Positions 50,816 to 61,272 are shown, numbered from the stretch's first letter. The stretch: DNA of 64,000 nt from Candidatus Bathyarchaeota archaeon (GCA_963706285.1 CAVPLU010000004.1:288001-352000); one strand, 5' to 3'. Notes: a model not told the origin generated them from the letters alone. Numbers and translations are program-made.

Positions 50816-52052
50816 CGGCTCTGGGAACGAATGATTCAAGTCCCGCTTCTTTCTTCGCCCAGTCGGCAAGAACCGTACAGCTATCCTCGTCTCCGTGAAC
50901 TGCAAAGACTTTCGTCTTCTTACCTACGCTTTCTAAGCATCGGTGCAGTTCGCTTCTTCCGCCGTGAGATGAGAAGTCGAATTTTAGAACCTTCGCGCTT
51001 ACTTTCTGAAGTTTGCCGTGCAGCATGTATTTGCCTTCGTCAAGCAGGACTCTTCCTGGAGAGCCTTCAACTTGGTAGCTCACAAGGATGATGCCATTCT
51101 TCATTCCACGCGCGACGGATTCCATATAGAAGACAGAGGCACCTCCCTTTAGCATGCCAGCGGGTGAAACGATCACGCCGGGACCTTTAACTGCTCGTCG
51201 TCTGTCGTGCCAATTCCTTACCCATTCCGCCGACTTGACAGCGGATCTGAATAGTTGAGGATCGACAAGAGCAGGCTCATGTTCTCCTAAGATTTCGATC
51301 GCCTTTAGCGCCATTCCGTCAACGTAGACGGTATGCTTGAAATTGTGAGCGGCAAGCATGCACATGATTTCTTGTGATCTTCCCACTCCAAACGCGGGAA
51401 TCAGCACGGTACCGCCGTCCTCAACTATCTCGGTGCATGCGGCCACGAGCTGCTTTTCCGCTTCTTCTCGATCAGGATGATCTTCTTTTGCATAGGTACT
51501 CTCTATGATGATGGCATCAAGCTCTCCATACTTGCAGTCTGCTGAGCCTACAAGCCTCGTCGGTTTGAGGTTGAAATCACTTGTATACACAACTCGCTTT
51601 CCCTCGGCTTCTACTAGAGCTTGACAGCTTCCGGGGATATGGCCTGCATTGAGGAGTGTCACTGTTCCCTTTCCAACTTCAAAGGGGTGGCGGTACGGCA
51701 CGTTCACGATATGCTCCATCATGGTTTCGAGATCCATGAACTCGTACGGGAGGTAGTATCCGCTAAGTTTGATCATGTCTCGAATCAGGATATTTGCGAG
51801 TGCAAAGGTCGGTTCCACTCCGTACACTGGGAGCCGGCTCCTAACGAAGAACATGGGAACGAGTCCACTGTGATCAAGGTGGGCGTGAGTGACCACTATG
51901 CCGTGCAGGTCTTTCGGTGAGACGTGCACTGGGAAACCGATCTGGTGGTCAACCATGACGCCGTAGTCAAGCAGGATAGATTTCTCGCCTATCTTGACCT
52001 GGACGCCCGAGCGGCCAACTTCAGCGCATGCGCCTAGGAAGCGTATGTTCAT
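50796..52052 (-). CDS. beta-CASP metallo-beta-lactamase ribonuclease (aCPSF2-like)
   Basis: [29 protein letters not shown] and FSSH motifs. Confidence 0.92.
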   Translation of the reverse strand: MNIRFLGACAEVGRSGVQVKIGEKSILLDYGVMVDHQIGFPVHVSPKDLHGIVVTHAHLDHSGLVPMFFVRSRLPVYGVEPTFALANILIRDMIKLSGYYLPYEFMDLETMMEHIVNVPYRHPFEVGKGTVTLLNAGHIPGSCQALVEAEGKRVVYTSDFNLKPTRLVGSADCKYGELDAIIIESTYAKEDHPDREEAEKQLVAACTEIVEDGGTVLIPAFGVGRSQEIMCMLAAHNFKHTVYVDGMALKAIEILGEHEPALVDPQLFRSAVKSAEWVRNWHDRRRAVKGPGVIVSPAGMLKGGASVFYMESVARGMKNGIILVSYQVEGSPGRVLLDEGKYMLHGKLQKVSAKVLKFDFSSHGGRSELHRCLESVGKKTKVFAVHGDEDSCTVLADWAKKEAGLESFVPRAGESYDI

Positions 52053-52126
52053 GCTAATTCATCGACTTGCTTGAGTGCGAAGCGGCGTAACGACCTTTCT
52101 AAGTTTTTTGCAGCAGAGCACCAGAG

Positions 52127-52831
52127 TCATCCATACATGCTCTGCAAGGATTTGGAGGTTTGCTTCATTCTCTTCTCGAATTCCTCCTCAATATCTTTCG
52201 CGCCTTCTTCAAGATCCGTAACGTCGACCTTGATTCCATAGCTCTTGCAGATGATTTTGACTGCTACTGCTGCTGCTGAAGGGTCCGCCGCCGTTGCAGA
52301 CGCGTATGGAAGAATCGCTATCGCAGGGAAGTCATGCATCTCAAATTCGCTCAACATGACCGCAAGCTGTCCATAGACGAATAGGCCAGGCTCGAGGGTC
52401 GGATACTTGAAACTGCTTCTTCTACTCAAGTATGTTCCAGTCGGAACTACTCTGACCTTTTCCTTCCCGGACTTGAGGTTCGAGTCGAGTCCCCCAACTA
52501 AGACTGCATCTTTGAATTTTTGATTCATTGTCCAGCGGGCTAGCACCTTCGCGAATTCAGCTTCTTCGGTTCTATGAGGGGCAAATTCAAGCTTCACAAA
52601 GACCAGTCTGCCTTTTCGAAAGACCTCAAAAGGTGTGACCAAGCCGTCTTCGGAAGTGGATACGAATGGTGGGGGGTGGGTGACATCAACGAAGCCTATC
52701 CGCTTCGCTTGGAGCGAATGGACAAGATACGAGATTGCGATGTATCCGGTCGATCCGATTCCATGAAATCCGGTCATCAGAGTGCAGTTTCTGAAGCTGC
52801 CCCTCCGAACATTCAATGATATGGGCATCAA
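52127..52831 (-). CDS. PAC2-family proteasome assembly chaperone
   Basis: GFHGIG.TGYIA, GGLD and DPSAAA motifs. Confidence 0.88.
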   Translation of the reverse strand: MMPISLNVRRGSFRNCTLMTGFHGIGSTGYIAISYLVHSLQAKRIGFVDVTHPPPFVSTSEDGLVTPFEVFRKGRLVFVKLEFAPHRTEEAEFAKVLARWTMNQKFKDAVLVGGLDSNLKSGKEKVRVVPTGTYLSRRSSFKYPTLEPGLFVYGQLAVMLSEFEMHDFPAIAILPYASATAADPSAAAVAVKIICKSYGIKVDVTDLEEGAKDIEEEFEKRMKQTSKSLQSMYG

Positions 52832-52984
52832 TATCAGCTGTAGACTACGTCAGAGCGCATACGTTAGGAAGTCTGGCTAAAAACCTGTCGAAACCCTAGA
52901 CGAGATCGATTTCACGAGGAATCGGTAAGACTTTTATTAGCGTGTTCTGCGCCTAACATCCCGTTCTATTTGGAGGATGATGAA

Positions 52985-54622
52985 TTGGCGTATCTTGGCG
53001 GACAACAGGTCCTCATCTTGAAGGAAGGTTCCTCGCGAAGCAGAGGTAAAGACGCTCAAAGGTCGAACATGACTGCCGCTCGCATAGTTGCAGAGGTTGT
53101 CAAGAGCACCCTTGGTCCCAGAGGAATGGACAAGATGCTCGTAGACAGTCTAGGCGATGTGACCGTCACCAATGACGGAGCAACAGTCCTAGACGAGATT
53201 GATGTTCAGAACCCAGCTGCAAAAATGATGGTGGAAGTTGCAAAAACGCAAGATGATGAAGTTGGTGACGGCACAACTACCGCGGTCATCATTGCAGGAG
53301 AGTTGTTAAAGCGTGCAGAGGCCCTGCTCGACGATGATATTCACCCCACTGTCATCGTTTCGGGGTACAAGAAGGCCGCCGAGAAGGCCATGCAAGTGCT
53401 CAGCGATATTTCCATCTCAGTCGATCCGGATGACAAAGCCACGCTGAAGAAGGTGGCAATGACGTCGATGCACAGCAAGGGACTGGGCGAGGCGAGGGAA
53501 CACTTTGCAGATATCTCAATCGAAGCTGTTAGACTGGTGGCTGAGAAGCGGGGCACAGAATGGACCGCCGACATCGATAACATACAACTCACAAAGAAAG
53601 AGGGAAAGAGCCTCCTCGATACTGAGCTCGTGAAGGGCATAATTGTGGACAAGGAAGTCGTCCACCCAGGCATGCCCAAGAGCGTGAAGAACGCTAAGGT
53701 TGCACTTCTAGACTCTGCACTGGAGATTGAGAAGACTGAGATCAGCGCCGAGATCAGGATCAACGATCCAACGCAGATGAAAGCATTCTTGGACGAGGAG
53801 ACCAAGATGATGAAGGATATGGTGGACAAGATCAAGGCCGCAAAAGCGAATGTGGTCATGTGCCAGAAAGGAATAGACGATACCACTCAGCACTTTTTGG
53901 CCAAAGAGGGAATCCTTGCGGTCAGAAGAATCAAGAAATCTGACATGGAGAAATTGGCAAGGGCAACGGGTGGCAAAGTCGTTACCAATCTTGAGGATCT
54001 ACGAGAGAGCGACCTCGGATTGGCAGGCCTCGTGGAAGAACGCAAACTGGGTGATGACAAGATGGTCTTCATCGAAGGATGCAAGAACCCGAGATCAGTC
54101 GCGATACTGATACGAGCGGGACTCGAAAGGCTGGTTGACGAAGCCGAGCGTGCCCTAAACGACTCTCTTTCCGTAGTCGCAGACGTCATCACCAAGAATA
54201 AGGTTGTAGCTGGAGGGGGAGCGATCGAGGCTGAACTGTCCAGGAAGACCCGAGACTACGCCAAGAAGGTTGGAGGGAGAGAGCAACTGGCCATCGAGGC
54301 CTTCGCCGATTCTCTCGAAGCCATCCCTAGAACACTAGCGGAGAATGCTGGGCTCGATCCAATTGACATCATGGTTGCCCTTCGATCGGCTCACGAGAAA
54401 AAGGATGGGCTGTGGCAGGGTGTGGATGTCTTCAAGGGTGGAACAAAAGACATGCTCAAGAGCGGAGTTCTCGAACCCATCAAGGTCAAGGAACAAGCAA
54501 TCAAGTCCGCCACCGAAGCTGCTTCGATGATTCTAAGAATCGATGATGTGATAGCTTCCGCAAAGCCCCCGCCAACCCCACCTCCGCAAGGAGGTCCAGG
54601 CGGAGGCATGCCTGACTACTAA
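52985..54622 (+). CDS. ths: Thermosome subunit (group II chaperonin)
   Basis: [16 protein letters not shown] and GDGTTT motifs; GGAGG upstream of TTG 52985. Confidence 0.97.
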   Translation: MAYLGGQQVLILKEGSSRSRGKDAQRSNMTAARIVAEVVKSTLGPRGMDKMLVDSLGDVTVTNDGATVLDEIDVQNPAAKMMVEVAKTQDDEVGDGTTTAVIIAGELLKRAEALLDDDIHPTVIVSGYKKAAEKAMQVLSDISISVDPDDKATLKKVAMTSMHSKGLGEAREHFADISIEAVRLVAEKRGTEWTADIDNIQLTKKEGKSLLDTELVKGIIVDKEVVHPGMPKSVKNAKVALLDSALEIEKTEISAEIRINDPTQMKAFLDEETKMMKDMVDKIKAAKANVVMCQKGIDDTTQHFLAKEGILAVRRIKKSDMEKLARATGGKVVTNLEDLRESDLGLAGLVEERKLGDDKMVFIEGCKNPRSVAILIRAGLERLVDEAERALNDSLSVVADVITKNKVVAGGGAIEAELSRKTRDYAKKVGGREQLAIEAFADSLEAIPRTLAENAGLDPIDIMVALRSAHEKKDGLWQGVDVFKGGTKDMLKSGVLEPIKVKEQAIKSATEAASMILRIDDVIASAKPPPTPPPQGGPGGGMPDY

Positions 54623-54750
54623 TCGAACAACACGACAAGAGCGCCGCAATGTTTACGATCGCAGACGACTCTCCAGTGAGACTTGGAATATTCAATACGA
54701 TTTGTCATACAAGCCTTTAAGAAAGGCTGCGAGTTTCGTACACGAACAGT

Positions 54751-54884
54751 GCTCCGGTAGTATAGCCCGGTCATGCGCAAAGCGCCGAGAGTATGCTGGC
54801 CTCTCGCGACACATCGGAGAAAGCCAGCGACGCGGGTTCAAAATGATCAAGAAGACAGATCATGAAAATCCCGCCCGGAGCACC
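54751..54884 (+). tRNA. tRNA-Glu(CTC) with three introns (D-loop, 37/38, 59/60)
   Basis: Removing 54774-54789, 54807-54821 and 54843-54867 gives GCTCCGGTAGTATAGCCCGGTCAAGTATGCTGGCCTCTCGAGCCAGCGACGCGGGTTCAAATCCCGCCCGGAGCACCA (78 nt). Confidence 0.93.
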
Positions 54885-54905
54885 AAGCTAGCACAAACGA
54901 ACTGG

Positions 54906-55500
54906 TTGCCAAGACTCAGAAAAGGAACAGCAGTCATCGTGACAGGGACGCCAGGCACAGGAAAGACAACCATCAGTCGCCTACTCGCGAGAGAGCTCAG
55001 AGCGAGCTACGTCAACCCTCAGAGCCTCATTAGAAGCGAAGGCATGGACTTCACATACGATGATGAACCGGAAAACACGCATAGTCTCTCCCAGACGCCT
55101 TGGCGAGGCAATACGTAGGCGATCCATCCGAGCCGACCATGGATTGGTCATTGACAGCCACATAAGTCCAGAAACCGGTCCTCTGCCTGGACTTGTCAGA
55201 GCGATTGTCCTTCGTTGCGATCCGGTCATCTTGAAGCGCCGACTTGAACGGAAGCGATGGTCGAAATCCAAGATTGGCGAAAACCTTCTGGCAGAGATAC
55301 TTGATATCTGTTTGTGGGACGCAGTGAAGAACTACGGGTGGAAAAGGATCTTGGAGGTCGACACTTCAAAGAAGACCCCCCACAACGTGATCCAGGTGAT
55401 AATGAATGATCTGAAGAAGAAACGACCTCAAGGAAAGCCGAAAGTTGACTGGATGTCGACCTTGAAACGCAGAGAGAATCTTGTCCACTATCTAATGTGA
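54906..55500 (+). CDS. AK6/Fap7-type adenylate kinase, split by a +1 frameshift near 55068
   Basis: GTPGTGKTT is in one frame; IDSH, LRCDP..L..RL and KI.EN..AE are in the next; span 595 = 3n+1. Confidence 0.88.
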
Positions 55501-55509
55501 GGGCCGGAA

Positions 55510-55752
55510 TTGAAGAGGAATTATCTGGTTGTGGCATGCGCGAAATGTAGAGCTCTTCTACTTGCGCAGCAGGGGAAGAAGACTAGACAGTGTCCATACT
55601 GTGGAGCCAAGATTGTCCTCTCAAAGACAGAGATTCTTTGGATAACGAGCGACCTCGAAGAGGCGCGATCGATCCTTCGTTCCAAACGACAGGGTAGCTC
55701 TGAACCCGTAACAGCCAATGAATATCAGAGGCAGATCAGCACAGACTTTTAA
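55510..55752 (+). CDS. DUF1922-like Zn-ribbon protein
   Basis: CAKC...KTRQCPYCG...EEAR. Confidence 0.75.
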   Translation: MKRNYLVVACAKCRALLLAQQGKKTRQCPYCGAKIVLSKTEILWITSDLEEARSILRSKRQGSSEPVTANEYQRQISTDF

Positions 55753-55771
55753 CGTCAATACATGAGTATCT

Positions 55772-56218
55772 GTGGTGATCAGTTTGTCTTCAGCTGCAGA
55801 TAGAAAGTTCTCTGAAGAGCTTGCGCTTCTCCTTCAGAAGACGGTCGTAGTCGAAACCAGCAGTGGAAAGAAGTATACCGGAATTCTCTCCGGAGTGGAT
55901 ACGGACACTCTCACAGTATGTATCTCAGATTGCACCGACGAATCGGGAAAGATTCTCCATAGGCTATTCATCACCGGCCGCTCGATCGCACAGATGTACA
56001 GCATGGAGAAACCGTTTGATCTGCAATCACTTGCCGATAGACTCGAACGAGTGTTTCCGAGAATGGTAAGAGTGGTCGAAGGCTCGGGCGTGATCTTGAT
56101 CATGGACAAGATTAGACTGAGCGAGAAAGGCATTATCGAAGGATCAGGACCAGCCGCAGAAAGAGTCCAGAAGGTCTACGAGGAGTTCATGAAAGAACGG
56201 CCGCCGAAAGGAGCCTAG
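55772..56218 (+). CDS. Lsm protein with C-terminal extension (SmAP3 type)
   Basis: Sm fold (GKKYTGILSGVD) plus an Lsm_C-like tail (E.GIIEGSGP.AERV). Confidence 0.88.
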   Translation: MVISLSSAADRKFSEELALLLQKTVVVETSSGKKYTGILSGVDTDTLTVCISDCTDESGKILHRLFITGRSIAQMYSMEKPFDLQSLADRLERVFPRMVRVVEGSGVILIMDKIRLSEKGIIEGSGPAAERVQKVYEEFMKERPPKGA

Positions 56219-56306
56219 TGCCTCGGAAGAGCCCAGCTTAGGAACCAGATGCATGACCGACCTCGTTCACTGCACTGACGTTATGGATTATGTTGAATGA
56301 TGTGCA

Positions 56307-57932
56307 TTGTCCTTCGAGATTACCCAGAGAGATGTTCTGGGCAGAATAGGAGTCTTTGAGACCAAGAGTGGAAAACTCGAAACGCCAGTTCTTTTTCCCG
56401 TGGTGAACCCGCTCGCCCAAGAGATCTCGCCGCGCATCATGTTTGAGAAACTTGGATGCAGAGCGCTAATCACGAATGCATACCTGATAGGACGGCGAGC
56501 AGGGAACGCTGGAGTCACTGACATTCATAGTTTCTTGGACTTCCCGGGCATCATTGCCACGGACTCGGGGGCATACCAGATTCTTCGTTACGGGGACGTT
56601 GAGATCAGCCCGCTGGAGGTAATCAGATATCAAGAGTCCATTCAAACCGATATCGGCGTTATCCTAGATGTTCCCACGGGATCGAAGGCTTCTAGAGCCC
56701 AAGCAACTGAAACCGTGAAGGAAACCATCAAGAGAGCTGATGAGGCACAGAAAGCGATCACAAAGAGAGACATAGCTTGGGTAGGGCCGATACAGGGAGG
56801 ACAGTTCCCAGATCTGGTCGCTCACAGCGCTCGCGAAATGACGAAGCGAGGATTCGACATATACGCACTGGGAAGCCCAACCAAGATAATGGAGCAGTAC
56901 CTGTTCGCAGACTTGGCCGATATGATATTTGCAGCAAAAACAAACCTCCCCTCAAGCGCACCGTTCCACTTATTCGGCGCCGGTCACCCGTTCATGCTTG
57001 CATTTGCCGTAGCACTTGGATGCGATTTATTCGATTCAGCTGCCTACATTCTCTACGCACGAAGAGGGCGATATCTAACCAATGCCGGAACCCTCCATCT
57101 CGCGCAGATGGAGTACTTTCCATGCCGGTGCAGCGCTTGCCTTAGAATGAAACCAGCAGACGTGAGGTTGCTTCCCACCATCGAGAAGACGCAATTCCTT
57201 GCCGAGCACAACATTTCGGCCTGTTTGCAGGAGATCGCTACCATCAAGGAAGCCATTGTCGAGGGAAGACTCTGGGAACTCGTCGAAGCAAGATGCAGGA
57301 GCCATCCAAGCCTACTGCAAGGCCTTCGAAGAATCAAAGAACATAAACCACAGATAACGCGTGGCGCACCGTCAACAAAACGTAAGGGAATTCTCTTCTT
57401 CGACTCGACGAGTCTCCAACGACCGGAGTATCTCATATATCTTGAGAGACTGGTGGGAGACTACGAGCCCCCGAAAACAGCAACCACCGCGTTGTTGGTA
57501 CCTGCAACTCGGCAAGGTCCTGAAGACAGAGTGGACACCCGCGTGGGACTCAAAGGTCTAGGCCCTGAGACACACGTTTGCCTGTACTGCCCACCATATG
57601 GGATAGTGCCTTCTGAGTTGGAGGATGTCTTTCCATTCATGCACACCGAGATCCCGGAAGAACCTGATCCAGAAATTCTCAAGGCAATGGTGGGAACGGT
57701 TCGTATTTACTTTGCCAGCCACAGAGGGTATCGGTCCTTGGTCGTCGCTCACTCAAGCAGGGACTGGCAGAGACGTTTCGCCAGGATGTGCGGGCACATT
57801 TGCAGGGACATGGGGCTGAGATTCCATAGCTGCAGCGAAGGCAAACTGCGTAACATACGGATAGAAATACTAGGTAGCCAGAAGAAGCATCCATACAAGA
57901 GCCTCAGAAGAACACGGGTCAGAAGGAAATAG
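56307..57932 (+). CDS. tgtA: Archaeosine tRNA-guanine(15) transglycosylase
   Basis: ETP...PVVNP, TDSGAYQ, HLFGAGHP, DLFDSAAY and CRC..C...HN Zn-site motifs. Confidence 0.95.
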   Translation: MSFEITQRDVLGRIGVFETKSGKLETPVLFPVVNPLAQEISPRIMFEKLGCRALITNAYLIGRRAGNAGVTDIHSFLDFPGIIATDSGAYQILRYGDVEISPLEVIRYQESIQTDIGVILDVPTGSKASRAQATETVKETIKRADEAQKAITKRDIAWVGPIQGGQFPDLVAHSAREMTKRGFDIYALGSPTKIMEQYLFADLADMIFAAKTNLPSSAPFHLFGAGHPFMLAFAVALGCDLFDSAAYILYARRGRYLTNAGTLHLAQMEYFPCRCSACLRMKPADVRLLPTIEKTQFLAEHNISACLQEIATIKEAIVEGRLWELVEARCRSHPSLLQGLRRIKEHKPQITRGAPSTKRKGILFFDSTSLQRPEYLIYLERLVGDYEPPKTATTALLVPATRQGPEDRVDTRVGLKGLGPETHVCLYCPPYGIVPSELEDVFPFMHTEIPEEPDPEILKAMVGTVRIYFASHRGYRSLVVAHSSRDWQRRFARMCGHICRDMGLRFHSCSEGKLRNIRIEILGSQKKHPYKSLRRTRVRRK

Positions 57933-57942
57933 GTTCCTGAAT

Positions 57943-58959
57943 TTGCCCGCAGCGAAGAAAGGTGCCTTGGGAAGACTGTTAGGTTCAGATACCCGAGCGG
58001 AGCTCCTCACGTTCTTTCATGGCAATCCGAGAACTGCTGACAGTTTAGAAGGGCTCGCGACTAGGCTCGGGAGAAAGTCTACTGAGATTGAGACTGATCT
58101 GTCAGAGCTTGTCGAGATCGGTCTGCTTCGGGAACGGAGGATCTATTCTCTGGATCCTGACCGAGATGTTACTCTGCAAAGAGAGATTTCGGAGGAGCTG
58201 AAAGAGACTACTGCACAACAAGAGCGGGAACCTCTTGAAGAAGCCACGAAAGATCTAACAGAAATCGAAATCATCGATCATATCGTGCCATCCGGAATCC
58301 CTTCTCCGGCAATGCTGCTTATCATGGGCGACCCTGGAACAGCCAAGAGGGAGCTATGCCTAGAATTCATAGCAAGATGCCTTAGACGCAAGCATCGTGT
58401 CGTCTACTTGGCCTTAGATGAATCTCCCGGAGAAATACGCGCCTCATTAACTCAGGCGAGTAACCTTGAGCCTCCTGCAGGATCTCTTGCCCAAACTGAA
58501 AGACTACGCGATCTCGTGATGATCGACTGTTACTCTTCGCAGATCGGGATGACGAGCGATGAAGAATTGAATGTCGATCCAAACAACCTTTCGGAGCTGA
58601 GCATTACGGTATCGAAAGCTCTAGAGAACAAAACGCAAGGCCTCTTTGCTCTTGATTCCCTTGACACTCTAATTCGCAAGAGGGGACTAGCCTCATCCTT
58701 AGAGTTCATTCGAACACTCCGAGCCAAGACAAGGATCGCCAAATTTGATTCGATAGTCACTTTGAACAGGCAGGCTTTCCCGACGGCGATACTGGCAGCA
58801 GTGCAGGAAAGCGTCGACGGAGTATTCGAGATGAAAGTCGAAGAAGAGCCGTCGGGACTCACACGATACTTCAGAATTCCCAAAATGCGTGGCACTCAAC
58901 ACCATACCGCATGGAGAGCTTACGAGCCAGACTTCAGAGCACCTGTCAAGACCAAATGA
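57943..58959 (+). CDS. wHTH fused to a RAD55/KaiC-like ATPase domain
   Basis: N-terminal wHTH; GDPGTAKR (variant Walker A), IDCYS, LDSL, DGVFEM and KMRG motifs. Confidence 0.8.
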   Translation: MPAAKKGALGRLLGSDTRAELLTFFHGNPRTADSLEGLATRLGRKSTEIETDLSELVEIGLLRERRIYSLDPDRDVTLQREISEELKETTAQQEREPLEEATKDLTEIEIIDHIVPSGIPSPAMLLIMGDPGTAKRELCLEFIARCLRRKHRVVYLALDESPGEIRASLTQASNLEPPAGSLAQTERLRDLVMIDCYSSQIGMTSDEELNVDPNNLSELSITVSKALENKTQGLFALDSLDTLIRKRGLASSLEFIRTLRAKTRIAKFDSIVTLNRQAFPTAILAAVQESVDGVFEMKVEEEPSGLTRYFRIPKMRGTQHHTAWRAYEPDFRAPVKTK

Positions 58960-59078
58960 TGAACCCTCCAATCTCGTCAACAAGCACGGATTTCCATCCA
59001 AACTGTTGACTCTTTTAGACGAGGATCAATAACAAGGATTTTAATTACAGACGATGCAGATCAGAGCAGCGAACCTAG

Positions 59079-60134
59079 ATGAGCCGCCAACGTTTCCTTA
59101 GTCATCCAACGAAATTGTTCGAAATCTCTTCCGGCAAGACAACAGATCAACTGCTTTCTGAAATGGCATCTACGGCCTTCCAAGGAAGAAGACTTGGTGA
59201 GGCCTTTGAGATTTGGACTCGAATGTTGAAGAAACGACAGATAGTCATCTGGATGGGAATCGCAGGCGCAATGGTGCCGGCTGGCATGCGGAAGATCATT
59301 ACGCAGTTGATCAGACGAAGAATGATAGACGTTCTAGTTACAACTGGCGCAACGATCTATCACGACGCCTATGAAGCAACCGGTGGAAAGCACTTCAAAG
59401 GAACCGACAAGGTTGATGACGTGCAACTCAGGAAGTATAAAGTTGACAGAATGTACGATGTCTACGCTGACGAGAAGAAGTTCTATCGCCTAGATAACGA
59501 GATTGACAGAGAGTTCTGCTCTGTCCTTCGAGATAACTATCCATACTCTTCTCGTCAGATCACCGAGAAGCTTGGCGCTTGGCTATCAGAGAGAGCTCGA
59601 GACAGGGACAGCATCTCAATTGCAGCGAAAGAGGCTGGTGTTCCGATCTTCCTTCCGGCCCTCTGCGACAGTTCCCTTGGTTTTGCGATGATGTTCGCGA
59701 ATAGGAGAAGAGGTAGAAAAATCATCGTCGATCACATGAAGGATGTTCATGAGAGCGCTCTGATCACTGAGAAATCATCAAGAAGTGGAGTTGTGATTTT
59801 CGGAGGTGGAGTCCCTAAGAACTTCATACAGCAGTCCGCTGTTGTTGCAAGCTATGCGACGCGGCATGACAGGAAGCACGACTACGCGCTACAAGTTACC
59901 ACGGACGCTGCACATTGGGGTGGTCTTAGCGGAGCCACCCTTGAAGAGGCAAAGAGCTGGGGCAAATACAGCGCAAGGGCACAAATGGTCACATGCTACG
60001 CGGATTCCACCATAGCATTGCCTATGCTAGGTCAGGGTCTTGCTGAAAGGTTCAAGCGGATGAGAAGAGACGTTCCAAGGTTCGATTGGACAGCTGACAC
60101 ACTCAGGATCACGTTCCAGAGGTTCAGGGCATAA
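59079..60134 (+). CDS. dys: Deoxyhypusine synthase
   Basis: AGAMVPAG, GGGVPKNF and WGGLSGATLEEAKSWGK (catalytic Lys) motifs. Confidence 0.93.
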   Translation: MSRQRFLSHPTKLFEISSGKTTDQLLSEMASTAFQGRRLGEAFEIWTRMLKKRQIVIWMGIAGAMVPAGMRKIITQLIRRRMIDVLVTTGATIYHDAYEATGGKHFKGTDKVDDVQLRKYKVDRMYDVYADEKKFYRLDNEIDREFCSVLRDNYPYSSRQITEKLGAWLSERARDRDSISIAAKEAGVPIFLPALCDSSLGFAMMFANRRRGRKIIVDHMKDVHESALITEKSSRSGVVIFGGGVPKNFIQQSAVVASYATRHDRKHDYALQVTTDAAHWGGLSGATLEEAKSWGKYSARAQMVTCYADSTIALPMLGQGLAERFKRMRRDVPRFDWTADTLRITFQRFRA

Positions 60135-60194
60135 GCGTCAGAGCTTGGGGCTACATAGCTAAATAGTTGCGAACGTCGGTCTAGGAATGGGCCC

Positions 60195-60319
60195 GGGCCC
60201 GTAAGGAAATGAGAATCCCGGGAAGCTCAGCCAGGTTGGAGCGACCGTAACACGTCCATGGGACAAAGTTGTCGAAGCTCATAACCGGTTGGTCGGGCGT
60301 TCAAATCGCCCCGGGCCCA
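60195..60319 (+). tRNA. tRNA-Ile2(CAT) with two introns (9/10, 30/31)
   Basis: Removing 60204-60224 and 60248-60276 gives GGGCCCGTAGCTCAGCCAGGTTGGAGCGACCGGCTCATAACCGGTTGGTCGGGCGTTCAAATCGCCCCGGGCCCA. The GGGCCC acceptor favours Ile2 over Met (inference). TAAATA at 60160-60165. Confidence 0.9.
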
Positions 60320-60391
60320 TCACAATGATTCTCAATGAGAGTTCCTGTCTTGCGGCGCAGAAGTCAGCTGCGTCAGCGTACTCATTTGCGC

Positions 60392-60610
60392 CTACTGTTG
60401 GATGCGTTTGATAACTAGTTGGATGTCTTCGGCTTTGACGGTCTTACGTCCTGCATGGGTGGCAAGCGTGGCAGCCTCTTTGCTCACACGCACAGCATAT
60501 TCTTCCAAGATACGGCGCATCTCTTCGACCGCGTCGTCCCCGACTCGCTCGGCACCAGCTTTCTCGATGAGTCTCCGAACTGCGGCCGTAGAAAGTTCAC
60601 CGTTTCGCAT
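60392..60610 (-). CDS. Archaeal histone (HMf family)
   Basis: ELSTAAVRRLIEKAGAERV...HAGRKTVKAEDI. Confidence 0.95.
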   Translation of the reverse strand: MRNGELSTAAVRRLIEKAGAERVGDDAVEEMRRILEEYAVRVSKEAATLATHAGRKTVKAEDIQLVIKRIQQ

Positions 60611-60984
60611 CAAAATAACCAGAAAAAGGTTTGGAATTGCGATTCTATTAAGGTTTGCCACTTCTCGACAGCAAGAGCATGATTAGTGCCTTCTGTGGCG
60701 GCTAGAGGCTGCTTTTGAGCCCTTCTCATCCACTACGCCATGTCAATCGACGCGCCAACGTACACGAAAAAGGAGATGTATATGTGAAGCCCTGTTTCCA
60801 GAAGATTCTTCCCGCAATCATTTCCCTCTGCAGAAGACTGGCAAACCGTCCGTAGGTCGCGCATGAATGATTCATGACACTTCCCTCATTTGCCACGGAT
60901 TGTCGACTGTTTCGGCTCGATGAACCCTAGGTTTTTAGGCGAGACGAATGATTGCAGGCTTCGCACTACGCCGGAGACAAGAGA

Positions 60985-61272
60985 TTGGGAAAAGTTCGCA
61001 CGGAAACCGTAAAGCGGGCTGCAAGGGAATTGATCGAGAGATTCCCTGACAAGTTCACAAACGAGTATGAAGCAAACAAGACAGCGGTCAATGAAACAGT
61101 GAAGGCGCCATCAAAGAAACTCAGAAATCTGATAGCAGGGTACATCACGCGCCTCAAAGTAACGGATTCCAATAAGACAGCCATGATGCAAATGAGCCCA
61201 GAAGCTCAACTAGGTCTAGGCGAAGACGAGGAAGAACAGACTCAAGAGGAAAGCACGCCCGCGGCAGCATAG
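60985..61272 (+). CDS. rps17e: 30S ribosomal protein S17e
   Basis: MGKVRT..VKR.AREL, NK and SKKLRNLIAGYIT motifs; acidic tail. Confidence 0.96.
   Translation: MGKVRTETVKRAARELIERFPDKFTNEYEANKTAVNETVKAPSKKLRNLIAGYITRLKVTDSNKTAMMQMSPEAQLGLGEDEEEQTQEESTPAAA

Noticed and set aside
54702-54905. N-terminal extension of the AK6 ORF
   Set aside because: Runs through tRNA-Glu; the true start is probably TTG 54906.
60690-60890. Minus-strand RPTDGLPVFCR resembling a CxxC-x17-CxxC domain
   Set aside because: Frame is interrupted and the cysteines are incomplete.
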